From contig JAAXUA010000002.1 in NCBI GenBank assembly GCA_013336275.1, positions 127,904-191,903 on the forward strand: 64,000 nt of DNA, written 5' to 3'. Below are positions 17,140 through 25,699 of this stretch, one piece after another. Position numbers and translations under genes: made by a program. Origin of the DNA: Candidatus Falkowbacteria bacterium (GTDB lineage Bacteria > Patescibacteriota > Patescibacteriia > Patescibacteriales > GWE2-39-37). The notes below the pieces were generated by a model. The model had not been told where the DNA came from and searched no databases. It worked only from the letters and a program-made list of their open reading frames with translations. Within the stretch, counting starts at the first letter, position 1; each line of letters starts with the position of its first letter.

Positions 17140-18486
17140 ATGGCAAACAAAAAAGCCAAGCCAACTCCAAAAACTCAGAAGGCTGCTCCGGTGAAGAAGG
17201 CTGTGAAAAAGCCTGAGCCGAAGAAGCCGGTCAAGAAAGCGCCTGCTCCGGTGAAGAAGGCTGTGAAAAAGCCTGAGCCGAAGAAGCCGGTCAAGAAAGC
17301 GCCTGCTCCGGTGAAGAAGGCTGTGAAAAAGCCTGAGCCGAAGAAGCCGGCAGCCAAAGCGGCCAAGCCCGTCGAGGCCGAGATCATCATACCGGACGAT
17401 GTCAAGGTCAAGAGCCTGATCGTCAAAGGACGTTCCCGCGGCTTCGTCACGGAAACGGAGATTTTGTTTGTCTTCCCTCAGGTCGAGGAATACCTCTTCG
17501 ACTACGAGCTCATGCTCGAGGATTTGCAGAAGAACGGCATCCAGATCATCGAGGATTCGGGAGGATTTTTGGATTTCGAGCTGGACGAGAAGAAGAAGCA
17601 GCGCGTCGCCGAAATCACCGGCACCGCCAAAGACAAAAAGAAATTCGATATTTCCGAACTGTCTGCCGACTCGATCCAGATGTACTTGAAGGAAATCGGC
17701 AAAGTGCCGCTCTTGACCAACTCGGAAGAAATCGAGCTGGCTAAGCGCAAAGAGAAGGGCGATAAGGAGGCCGAGCGCCGCCTGATTGAAGCCAACCTGC
17801 GCTTGGTCGTATCTATCGCCAAGAAATTCACCGGCGCCAAGGGTTTGTCCTTGCTGGACCTGATCCAAGAAGGCAACATCGGCCTGTTCCGCGCCGTCGA
17901 AAAATTCGAATATCGCAAAGGCTATAAGTTCTCGACCTACGCAACTTGGTGGATTCGCCAGGCCATCACCCGCGCCTTGGCCGACCAATCCCGCACCATC
18001 CGCATCCCGGTCCACATGGTCGAGACTATCAATAAATTCCAGCAGATCCAGCGCCAGCTGATTCAGGACCTGGGCCGCGAACCGATGCCCGAGGAGATCG
18101 CTTCGGAAATGGGCGAAGACATCGAGAAGGTCAGGCACGTCATCAAGATCTCCCAGGATACCATTTCCTTGGAAACCTCCATCGGTGAAGACGAAGAGGA
18201 TTCGACCCTGGAAGACTTCATCGAGGACGTCAAGAACGTCACCCCGGACCGGGCCGCCGCTTTGCAGCTCTTGAAGGACTATGTCCGCGAGGTCATCTCG
18301 CACTTGAGCCCGCGCGAGCAGAAGATTCTCGAAATGCGCTTCGGCTTAGTCGATGGCGTGGCCCACACCTTGGAAGAGGTCGGCCGTGAATTCGACGTTA
18401 CCCGCGAGCGTATCCGCCAGATCGAGGCCAAGGCTCTCGAGCGCATCCAGAAACACGAAGGTATCAAGAAGCTGCGCGACTACTAA
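17140..18486 (+). CDS. rpoD: RNA polymerase sigma-70 factor with Lys/Pro/Ala-rich repetitive N-terminal extension
   Basis: [40 protein letters not shown] (region 2), region 3 and region 4 ([21 protein letters not shown]) are all present. Confidence 0.95.
   Translation: MANKKAKPTPKTQKAAPVKKAVKKPEPKKPVKKAPAPVKKAVKKPEPKKPVKKAPAPVKKAVKKPEPKKPAAKAAKPVEAEIIIPDDVKVKSLIVKGRSRGFVTETEILFVFPQVEEYLFDYELMLEDLQKNGIQIIEDSGGFLDFELDEKKKQRVAEITGTAKDKKKFDISELSADSIQMYLKEIGKVPLLTNSEEIELAKRKEKGDKEAERRLIEANLRLVVSIAKKFTGAKGLSLLDLIQEGNIGLFRAVEKFEYRKGYKFSTYATWWIRQAITRALADQSRTIRIPVHMVETINKFQQIQRQLIQDLGREPMPEEIASEMGEDIEKVRHVIKISQDTISLETSIGEDEEDSTLEDFIEDVKNVTPDRAAALQLLKDYVREVISHLSPREQKILEMRFGLVDGVAHTLEEVGREFDVTRERIRQIEAKALERIQKHEGIKKLRDY
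17185..17350 (+). repeat. Perfect 60-bp tandem repeat, about 2.8 copies, inside the rpoD N-terminal coding region
   Basis: The sequence lines starting at 17221 and at 17281 are identical 60-mers. The repeat encodes [20 protein letters not shown] three times. Confidence 0.9.
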
Positions 18487-18504
18487 ACAGAAATATTTTT
18501 CAGA

Positions 18505-18540
18505 TAAAAAAACGCCCCTCAGTACGAGGGGCTTTTTGTT
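18505..18540. terminator. Bidirectional Rho-independent terminator
   Basis: The hairpin gcccctc-agtac-gaggggc is flanked by A-run and T-run tracts, between rpoD (+) and the convergent minus-strand gene. Confidence 0.7.
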
Positions 18541-19810
18541 AGTCGAAAGGGCGGCAATCCAGGATTTTTTTGGCCGATGACATCAGGCTAGTGGCCAGCT
18601 TGCGGTCTTCGGCGTGGCGTCGGGCGGCTTTGAGATAGAACTCGGCTTGGATGCCCTGAGCGCGATAGGGCAGGACCGAAGCTTGGGCCAGTGAGAACAG
18701 CACTTGACCGAGCAGAAGGCGCAAGGCTTCAGGCGACAGCTGTTTCATGGTCCAGCTTTGCATCACCACGCTCAGTTGGTCCAAGGATTCGCTGAGCCCG
18801 TCGAGAACGTTTTTTTTCTTCGTTTCGAGTGCTTGCTTGCGCCTGAGGATGAACGGCACGATAGAGGCGATCTCTTCGAGGCGTTCAGCCAAGCGGTTAA
18901 GCAGGGCGGCGGTTCTGGCAGCTTGGGCACCAGGATTGGTCCTGTCGAGCGAGTCATGCGGCTCGGTCAGATGTTTGGCTTGGCTGCGAGCCGAGCTCTT
19001 GCGAGGGTTGCGGCTGCGAGCCAGATTTCTGCCGATCTCCTCGGCCAAGTTCTTGATGTGCTCGGTCAGCTCTTCCGGTGTCAGTCTGCCTTTGATGGTA
19101 AGTTCTTTCCAGGACAAGACCAAGCCGTGAATCTGTCCGGCCAACAGCTTGAGGTCGTCGAGACGGTCGGTTTCTCCGGCTAGTTTCTCTACCGTCCCTA
19201 AATATCGGTCCAAGATATGCTGTTGCATCCTGATGGCGGCGTTGAGGTCGGCAGATTTGAATTCTACCTTTATTTCTTTGTCCGCTAAACGGTCGGTCCG
19301 GCTGAAACCCAGGACTCCCTGGACCAGCGGCTTGATGCCGGTTTGGCGCAACAATTCGAAACAGGCCTGCTCCCGGGGGTGCAAGTAGGGAAAATCGGGC
19401 AGGCGATAGGCCGGGTCCTTAATCGAATCCAGAAACAGCTGCTTTTCGGCTTCGGCTGCTGTCAACCGTTGTGAGGCCGCAAAAGCCAAAACTTGGCGAT
19501 GGTACGGCCAAGCGATTTTCAGCTCCTTGTCAGTGTTGGGCTGAGGCAGGTTAGGGGGAGTAGTTTTTGCTTGAGTCTTGGCGGCGTGTCCGGAAAAGAT
19601 GGCACTGACCTGCTTTCGGAGTTCGGCATAAACCTCTTTCGGCAGATTAAGGCCGATCAGCGTCTTTTCCGGAGAGGCCAGGCTTTTCTTGGTCTGAGTG
19701 ACTGTGCCAGAAGCGTCTTTGCGGAAAGTGATCTGTACCAGGCCATAGGTGGCAACTACTTCGACAACGTGGTCGGTTTCCCGGTGGACTGAAATTATCT
19801 GATGCCTCAT
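18539..19810 (-). CDS. Hypothetical protein (423 aa, mostly alpha-helical/charged)
   Basis: It is a long ORF with a strong RBS (AAAGGAGGG 8 nt upstream of the ATG on the minus strand). No recognizable family was found. Confidence 0.6.
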   Translation of the reverse strand: MRHQIISVHRETDHVVEVVATYGLVQITFRKDASGTVTQTKKSLASPEKTLIGLNLPKEVYAELRKQVSAIFSGHAAKTQAKTTPPNLPQPNTDKELKIAWPYHRQVLAFAASQRLTAAEAEKQLFLDSIKDPAYRLPDFPYLHPREQACFELLRQTGIKPLVQGVLGFSRTDRLADKEIKVEFKSADLNAAIRMQQHILDRYLGTVEKLAGETDRLDDLKLLAGQIHGLVLSWKELTIKGRLTPEELTEHIKNLAEEIGRNLARSRNPRKSSARSQAKHLTEPHDSLDRTNPGAQAARTAALLNRLAERLEEIASIVPFILRRKQALETKKKNVLDGLSESLDQLSVVMQSWTMKQLSPEALRLLLGQVLFSLAQASVLPYRAQGIQAEFYLKAARRHAEDRKLATSLMSSAKKILDCRPFD

Positions 19811-19988
19811 GCTATAAGCCCTCCTTTAAGGTTATTGGGAATGAACAGGCAATCGTTAATTATTGCCATATTCAGGCTTATTTGTCAATAATTTTAGCTA
19901 ATATGAAATACTATTGACTCTAAGCTATAAATATCATAAAATAGCAATAACCTGCCTGAGGGCAGTTTTAGTTTGAAAAACAGAATAT

Positions 19989-20063
19989 TCCCGGGTAGCG
20001 CAGCGGTAGCGCAGTTCGCTGTTAACGAATTGGTCGTCGGTTCGAATCCGACCCCGGGAGCCA
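19989..20063 (+). tRNA. tRNA-Asn (anticodon GTT), CCA encoded
   Basis: Acceptor TCCCGGG/CCCGGGA, D-arm GCGCAGCGGTAGCGC, anticodon loop CTGTTAA (GTT), and T-arm GTCGG-TTCGAAT-CCGAC. Confidence 0.85.
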
Positions 20064-20206
20064 CGAAAAATAACGCCTTACATTGGTGTTATTTTTTTTG
20101 TACCCAAAAGTGGAATTCGAATTTTATGCTGTATGTTGGTATAATATAATTAAATACATTCTATTATTTGCTTCGGTCACTAAATTAAATTTAAATAGGC
20201 TGTTTT

Positions 20207-20980
20207 ATGATTATTACAAGATCAGATAAAGCTATGGGGTTCGCCGGCTTATTGGTTTTTATGGTTGGAGTTATTGTTTTTTGGTCTTTTTCCTTGCCAG
20301 AGCTGAGGGAAACTATTAACTTGAATAAAATTGGCAAAAAAGTCGAGGGGAAAGTAATTGGTTTTGACGCTCGTATGTCTAAATCGACCAGTAATCGCAA
20401 TAATGCATCGCCTAGTACAATGTCGTATTACACCAAGGTGTCTTTCGTTGATGGCATTGGCAATGAGCGTGTTTTTGTATCTAAATCGGGGTTGAGCGAC
20501 CCTCCGTATGCGGTTGGCGATAAGGTGGTCGTGTTGTATGATTCTGATAATCCCCAAAATGCAAGAATCGATAGCTTCTGGGACAACTGGTTTGCAAGCG
20601 TGTTTTTAATCGTTTTTAGTTTGATATTCGGAGTAGTGGGTGGGCGCATGTCATTTCATCAACTAAGAAAAATCTTTACAAGAATGAAGCTCATCCAAAA
20701 TGGCAATAAAATCAGTTGCACCGTGACAAAAATTGTAATTAATAGCCTCGTGAGAATTAATAAAAAAAACCCATTTGTTATTTGGTGCGTGTTTCAGGAT
20801 CAGGCCACGGGAAAGACTTATGAATTTAGAAGTGATGATATTTGCAGCAACCCCAAAGAGTATATTAAAGTGGGCGGAAAAATAGACGTGTATTTAGATG
20901 GCTCAAATTATGAAAATTATTTTGTTGATATTTCATTCCTCCCGAAAAAAATAATCAATACTTTTGTTTCAACCAATTAA
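20207..20980 (+). CDS. Membrane protein with two DUF3592-like modules
   Basis: Each module has a TM helix followed by a beta-rich segment: YYTKVSFVDGIGNERVFVSKSGLSDPPYAVGDKVVVLYDSDNPQNARID, repeated as ...KTYEFRSDDICSNPKEYIKVGGKIDVYLDG. The region is AT-rich and low-GC. Confidence 0.5.
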   Translation: MIITRSDKAMGFAGLLVFMVGVIVFWSFSLPELRETINLNKIGKKVEGKVIGFDARMSKSTSNRNNASPSTMSYYTKVSFVDGIGNERVFVSKSGLSDPPYAVGDKVVVLYDSDNPQNARIDSFWDNWFASVFLIVFSLIFGVVGGRMSFHQLRKIFTRMKLIQNGNKISCTVTKIVINSLVRINKKNPFVIWCVFQDQATGKTYEFRSDDICSNPKEYIKVGGKIDVYLDGSNYENYFVDISFLPKKIINTFVSTN

Positions 20981-21186
20981 TTATCGATAATTGATAATAA
21001 AGCAAATTTAATTACCTCAAGCACCCCTAAGATTACTGGGCGCTGGTTATTATTAACCAGCGTTTTGTTTTTGGAGATAATTAATGATTCTGAACAATGA
21101 AATCAGTTTTTTGTTCAAATTGACAAGGGATGTCATTTAAAGTAGGCTGATTTGAACTATATTAAATCAGACAAGGAGGTCCTGAC

Positions 21187-21894
21187 ATGGAGAAGTTGAT
21201 CTTAATATTGTTTGTCCTTTTACATTATTTGTTGATACTAAATGTGCATCTCAAGCACGGACGGCCCAAGGCTGAGCGCAGTTCTACAAGGCAGCGAATG
21301 TCTGTAATCTGGCTTAAGGATTGGCTGCTTACGCCCCTGATGCTTTTGTCGGCGTTGGCGTACTTATTTTTCGGCCAGGCACGAGTCTGGACGGCAGTAA
21401 CTTTTGCACCTAGCGACGCGCTGAAAATTATCGGCGGTGTCATTATCGTCACGGGTTTCGTTTTGAAATTATTGGCCTACCGCACGCTCGGACGCAATTG
21501 GTCGGCCAAGGCAAACGTCTATGACGACCACCAGTTGATAACCTCAGGTCCATACAAAGTTATCCGCCACCCCGTTTATGCAAGCTATCTCCTGACTTTT
21601 GCTGGCTTCGGAATGCTGAGTGGCAATCTGCTGTTTATCTTTTACGCCGTCGCCTATCATTCGCTCAACTTGATTCGAGCCAAGCAGGAAGAAAAAATGC
21701 TGCTGGCCAGATTCGGCGGGCAGTATCGGCGCTACCTGCAAGAAACCAGCATGTACGCCACGGCGCCCGTAGCGGTGCTAGTCATCATCTGCAATCTCCT
21801 CGGCATCATCGATGAAATGATTTACTGGCCTCTGACCGGCAACTCATTCACCTTCGACTGGGGTTATCGATTATGGCAGACACTATCAAACTGA
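21187..21894 (+). CDS. Isoprenylcysteine carboxyl methyltransferase (ICMT)/phospholipid methyltransferase-family membrane protein
   Basis: VIRHPVYASYLLTFAGFGML matches the RHPxY...G motif of the ICMT/PEMT family, and the protein is multi-TM. Confidence 0.65.
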   Translation: MEKLILILFVLLHYLLILNVHLKHGRPKAERSSTRQRMSVIWLKDWLLTPLMLLSALAYLFFGQARVWTAVTFAPSDALKIIGGVIIVTGFVLKLLAYRTLGRNWSAKANVYDDHQLITSGPYKVIRHPVYASYLLTFAGFGMLSGNLLFIFYAVAYHSLNLIRAKQEEKMLLARFGGQYRRYLQETSMYATAPVAVLVIICNLLGIIDEMIYWPLTGNSFTFDWGYRLWQTLSN

Positions 21895-21967
21895 ACAGGG
21901 AGGAATTAAGCAAAAGCAGAGCAACTATTATCAACGATTTATCAGACCACAACAGGAGGGCTAGCCC

Positions 21968-22333
21968 ATGTCACGTACAGTCAGAAGTAGTAGTGATGTC
22001 GAAGCAGAAAACAGGCTGATCGCGAAATTCACCGAAACGCTCAAGAGCTACAGGGGTATGGTCTGCCAGAATTACAATTCACGCATGGGCGATGAAGACG
22101 ACAAACGCCCACTGGAGCGGCAGATTATCGAAGAGTTCGAGTCTTCTCCGGAAGAACTCAAGGGCGACTTCATGTTTCTGCTCCTGAAAATCGTGGCCGC
22201 CCCGATTACGGGCAGGGCTACGGACAGGTCCGATGGAGAATCCATGACCAGGCTTAGCGTCTGGTTGCAGAATCTGGCTTTCGAACGGCTGGCTGAGATG
22301 GAGGCAATCTGCCCATCGGCCGCCCTTCCGTAA
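21968..22333 (+). CDS. Hypothetical protein
   Basis: It is a 121-aa ORF with no recognizable motif. Confidence 0.4.
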   Translation: MSRTVRSSSDVEAENRLIAKFTETLKSYRGMVCQNYNSRMGDEDDKRPLERQIIEEFESSPEELKGDFMFLLLKIVAAPITGRATDRSDGESMTRLSVWLQNLAFERLAEMEAICPSAALP

Positions 22334-22490
22334 AGGCACAACCGACAATCACGCGTATATCGCACCGCGGCAGACTAAACGTCTGCCGTTTTTTTATACT
22401 TTGCGGCCGAGCCCAGAGTCGAATTTTATGCCGAAAATTGTTATAATTTAAGTATCTGGTATGCCATCAATGCTGGAATATGATTAATTT

Positions 22491-22820
22491 ATGCTCAAGC
22501 TGATAAAAACAATCCACACCTTGATCTGGGTGATAATGTCCGGCTCTAACTTCGTCGCCTTTTATTTCGCTTTTATGGGCAGGTTCGATGCTTGGTTCTA
22601 TGTCCCCGCAGCTTTGCTATCCGTGGAGATTCTGGTCATCCTCTTCAATAGCTGGAAATGCCCAGTCACCACGATCGCGGAAAAATATACTTCTGAACGG
22701 AAGGCTAATTTTGACATTTATCTTCCGGAATGGCTGGCCAAGTACAATGTCAGGATCTTTTCCATCCTCATCATCATCGAGATAGTGATAGTTTTCATTA
22801 AGCACAAAATATATGGATGA
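22491..22820 (+). CDS. Small hypothetical membrane protein (3 predicted TM helices)
   Basis: Hydrophobic helices are present, and there is a conserved-looking DIYLPEWLAKY segment. Confidence 0.45.
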   Translation: MLKLIKTIHTLIWVIMSGSNFVAFYFAFMGRFDAWFYVPAALLSVEILVILFNSWKCPVTTIAEKYTSERKANFDIYLPEWLAKYNVRIFSILIIIEIVIVFIKHKIYG

Positions 22821-22989
22821 CAAAAAGGCAGCCAGCATTTTAATGGGGATATTGGATAAGCATCCTCTTAGTGAAGAAGAAAAAGAGGCTATCAAATCGG
22901 CCATCGGTATCCTTAGCTGGACTTCTTTGGCGGAAAGCAGGATAAAAAAACTCAAAGCCAAGAAAGAAAGCAGCGCCGAATGGCAATAA
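22813..22989 (+). CDS. Small hypothetical protein (58 aa), possibly translationally coupled
   Basis: The ATG at 22813 overlaps the upstream stop in an ATGGATGA arrangement. The ORF is below the 60-aa track cutoff, and a terminator hairpin follows it. Confidence 0.35.
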   Translation: MDDKKAASILMGILDKHPLSEEEKEAIKSAIGILSWTSLAESRIKKLKAKKESSAEWQ

Positions 22990-23090
22990 GAAAAGTCCTG
23001 CCAAGCCGGGACTTTTCTTATTTTACGGGGTTAATGAATTTTTAATCAGCTAGGTATACTAGTATATAGGTAGATATATAAACTAATAAT

Positions 23091-23981
23091 ATGAAAACAC
23101 AAAAAATAACCACGCACCTGTGGTACGACAAAGAGGCCAAGGAGGCGGCTGAGTTTTACGTCTCGATTTTCAAGGACTCGAAAATCAATAACGTAACGAC
23201 GATACATGATACGCCTTCTGGCGATGCCGATATCGTCGATATTGAGCTTGCTGGCCAGGTATTCAACCTGATTAGTGCCGGTCCGTATTTCAAATTCACG
23301 CCGGCGGTCTCATTGCTGGTCGCCTGCGATACGAAAGAGGAGGTCGACGCTTTGTGGGGCAAGCTTTATGAAGGCGGTTCGGCTTTGATGGAGTTAGGCA
23401 AGTACCCGTTCAGCGACTGGTATGGCTGGCTGCAGGACAAATACGGACTCTCGTGGCAGATCATGCTCATGGGCGAGATGAAGGCCGCGAGAAAGATAAC
23501 TCCGACCATGATGTTCGTCGGTGACGTAGCTGGCAAGGCGGAGGAGGCGATAAATTTCTACGCTTCAATTTTCAGCGATTCGAAGATCGGGGGGATCATG
23601 CGCTATGGAAAGGGCGAGGAACCGGACAAGGAAGGGACGATAAAACATGCGTCTTTCGAACTTGCGGGCCTGGACTTCGCCGCGATGGACAGCGCCTGGA
23701 AGCATGAGTTCAATTTTAGCGAAGCGATTTCATTCGTCGTCCACTGCGAGACGCAAGAGGAGATAGATCATTATTGGAACAAGCTCTCGGCGGTTCCGGA
23801 GGCGGAGCAATGCGGTTGGCTCAAGGATAAGTATGGCTTCTCGTGGCAGATCGTGCCAACAGCCATGGAGGAGATGATGAAAAGCGGTGACGGGGAAAAG
23901 ATGGCGCGCGTGACCCAAGCCTTTCTTAAGATGAAGAAGTTCGACATCGCTAAATTGCAAGAAGCATATGAAGGCAAATAA
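23091..23981 (+). CDS. VOC-superfamily protein with two tandem PhnB-like (3-demethylubiquinone-9 3-methyltransferase-type) domains
   Basis: ITTHLWYDKEAKEAAEFYVSIFKDSKI is followed by a second copy, ITPTMMFVGDVAGKAEEAINFYASIFSDSKI. Confidence 0.75.
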   Translation: MKTQKITTHLWYDKEAKEAAEFYVSIFKDSKINNVTTIHDTPSGDADIVDIELAGQVFNLISAGPYFKFTPAVSLLVACDTKEEVDALWGKLYEGGSALMELGKYPFSDWYGWLQDKYGLSWQIMLMGEMKAARKITPTMMFVGDVAGKAEEAINFYASIFSDSKIGGIMRYGKGEEPDKEGTIKHASFELAGLDFAAMDSAWKHEFNFSEAISFVVHCETQEEIDHYWNKLSAVPEAEQCGWLKDKYGFSWQIVPTAMEEMMKSGDGEKMARVTQAFLKMKKFDIAKLQEAYEGK

Positions 23982-24042
23982 CGCTTAATAATTTATTCAT
24001 CTCGGCTTATTATGTTGACTATATAATAATTAAGTTAAAAAT

Positions 24043-24411
24043 ATGGCAAAGTATGTAGATGGATATGTCCTTCCGATTCAAAAGAAGAATCTCCCTGCTT
24101 ATCTAAAAATGGCCAAAAAGGGGGCCAAGATTTGGAAGAAATACGGCGCTTTAGAATATTTCGAGTGCGCCGGCGATGACCTTAACCCGAAGTGGCCCGG
24201 AGTCAAATTTCCGCGCCTGATTGGCGCCAAACCGAGCGAGACGGTGATATTCTCGTTCGTGGTCTTCAAGTCACGGGCCGATCGTGATCGCATCAATGCG
24301 AAGGTGATGAAGGACCCGGACATGAGCGACCCGACTTATATGGGCGAGCTGATGCCGTTCGATGAGAAGCGCATGGTTTACGGCGGATTCAAAACCATAG
24401 TCGAGGGTTAG
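24043..24411 (+). CDS. DUF1428 family protein
   Basis: MAKYVDGYVLPIQKKNLPAYLKMAKKGAKIWKKYGALEYFECAGDDL is a typical DUF1428 N-terminus. Confidence 0.75.
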   Translation: MAKYVDGYVLPIQKKNLPAYLKMAKKGAKIWKKYGALEYFECAGDDLNPKWPGVKFPRLIGAKPSETVIFSFVVFKSRADRDRINAKVMKDPDMSDPTYMGELMPFDEKRMVYGGFKTIVEG

Positions 24412-24560
24412 TGCGAATTTTGGACAAGTTTCTTGCAAGTTGACTAAAATGTCGAATATTGCTAAGTTTTGATGATAAAAACTGATTAATTATCAGTTTT
24501 TATTGCTGTTTGGCAAAGTTTTAAGGCCTTCGGGACCTATCAATCGACGAGGAGGAGAAA

Positions 24561-24971
24561 ATGGACCATCGACTGAGAGATGAATTGGTAATCGTCCGGG
24601 TAGCGGGGAGCGACTTCTGCGCCCACCTGGTCAAGATGCCAGGCATGACCGTGCGCGAGATGCTTGTCAGTGCTGGCGTGCTGAACGAGAAGGCGCCGAA
24701 ATTGGACCGCATCCACGCTTTCGGCTGCAAAGACAAGCCTGGCCTGTGGGTCGACCTCATCTGCCGGGACGACGAAGAGGCTCCGGACCATGATCTGATG
24801 GCCGCACTGCTTGATCTGCTGTGGCTGTATTGTTCGAAGGACCTTGGAACGCGGACGGGGTTTTTCAAGAAGATCATCGAATCGTTCAGCGCCATGGATG
24901 ACAGGCATTTTTCGGCCCTGCTCAACTCGCTGACGCTCAAGCGCAAGACAATCAAGGCACTGGCTGCCTAG
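24561..24971 (+). CDS. Hypothetical protein
   Basis: A strong RBS (GAGGAGGAG) precedes the ATG. The overlapping minus-strand ORFs were judged less likely. Confidence 0.5.
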   Translation: MDHRLRDELVIVRVAGSDFCAHLVKMPGMTVREMLVSAGVLNEKAPKLDRIHAFGCKDKPGLWVDLICRDDEEAPDHDLMAALLDLLWLYCSKDLGTRTGFFKKIIESFSAMDDRHFSALLNSLTLKRKTIKALAA

Positions 24972-25024
24972 TCCTTGCGAAAAGAGAAGCAAGAAGTCCA
25001 TTCCCAATTCGAAGGAGGTAGATC

Positions 25025-25594
25025 ATGTCGGAGATATTCATCAGCGCCGATATCGAAGCCGACGGACGGGTGCCAGGTATCAATTCCATGATTTCCCTGG
25101 GTTCGGTGGCTTTCCGGGTCGGCGCTTCAGGCTACGAGCAGATCAGCACGTTCGAAGCTAATCTGCTGGAACTGGAAGGCGCGGTGCAGGACGAGGAGGT
25201 AATGGCTTGGTGGCAGAAATTCCCGGACGCCTGGGAGAGATGCCGGCTCAATGCCCAGCCGCCCGAGGATGTCATGCGTCGGTATCTCGCCTGGATCAAG
25301 TCTTTGCCCGGCCCCGCCGGCCTGGTCGCTTATCCGGGGTCGTTCGACTTCATGTTCATTTACTGGTATCTCTATGCCTTGACCCGGCAGCGGCCATTCA
25401 CCGCCGCAGCCCTCTGTGTCAAGACTTACGCCATGTCGATGCTCAAGCATCCGTCGTGGCTCAAGTTCGAGCGCAAATTGATTCCGGAAAAGTATCTTTC
25501 TGCCCACCCGCACGACCATACGCCCTTGAACGACTCGATCGAGCAAGCACAGATATTCGCCGCCCTTTATTATGACAACGTCATCGGCCGCTAA
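25025..25594 (+). CDS. DEDDh-type 3'-5' exonuclease-like protein (DnaQ/Orn fold)
   Basis: Motif I is ISADIEADG (DxE), motif II is YPGSFDFMFIYW and motif III is HDHTPLNDSIEQAQIF (H-x4-D). An RBS AAGGAGG precedes the gene. Confidence 0.6.
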   Translation: MSEIFISADIEADGRVPGINSMISLGSVAFRVGASGYEQISTFEANLLELEGAVQDEEVMAWWQKFPDAWERCRLNAQPPEDVMRRYLAWIKSLPGPAGLVAYPGSFDFMFIYWYLYALTRQRPFTAAALCVKTYAMSMLKHPSWLKFERKLIPEKYLSAHPHDHTPLNDSIEQAQIFAALYYDNVIGR

Positions 25595-25699
25595 GGTGGC
25601 CCGAAGCGAAGCCCGGACGTGAACCGGGCTTCTTTTTTTTGCCATTTTGACGGCAGGGGCGGAGTGGGCTATATTTTAGGGACTGAATAGCATGAGATT

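Noticed and set aside
17185-17350. Tandem repeats as a possible CRISPR array (checked together with the repeats at 50460-50640).
   Set aside because: The rpoD repeats are contiguous 60-mers inside a coding region with no spacers. The 50.5-kb repeats are imperfect hairpin variants of unequal spacing. No cas genes are present.
24521-25007. Minus-strand ORFs of 144 and 155 aa overlapping the 24561..24971 plus-strand gene.
   Set aside because: The plus-strand ORF has a strong GGAGGAG RBS and fits the co-directional gene organisation. The strand assignment remains uncertain.
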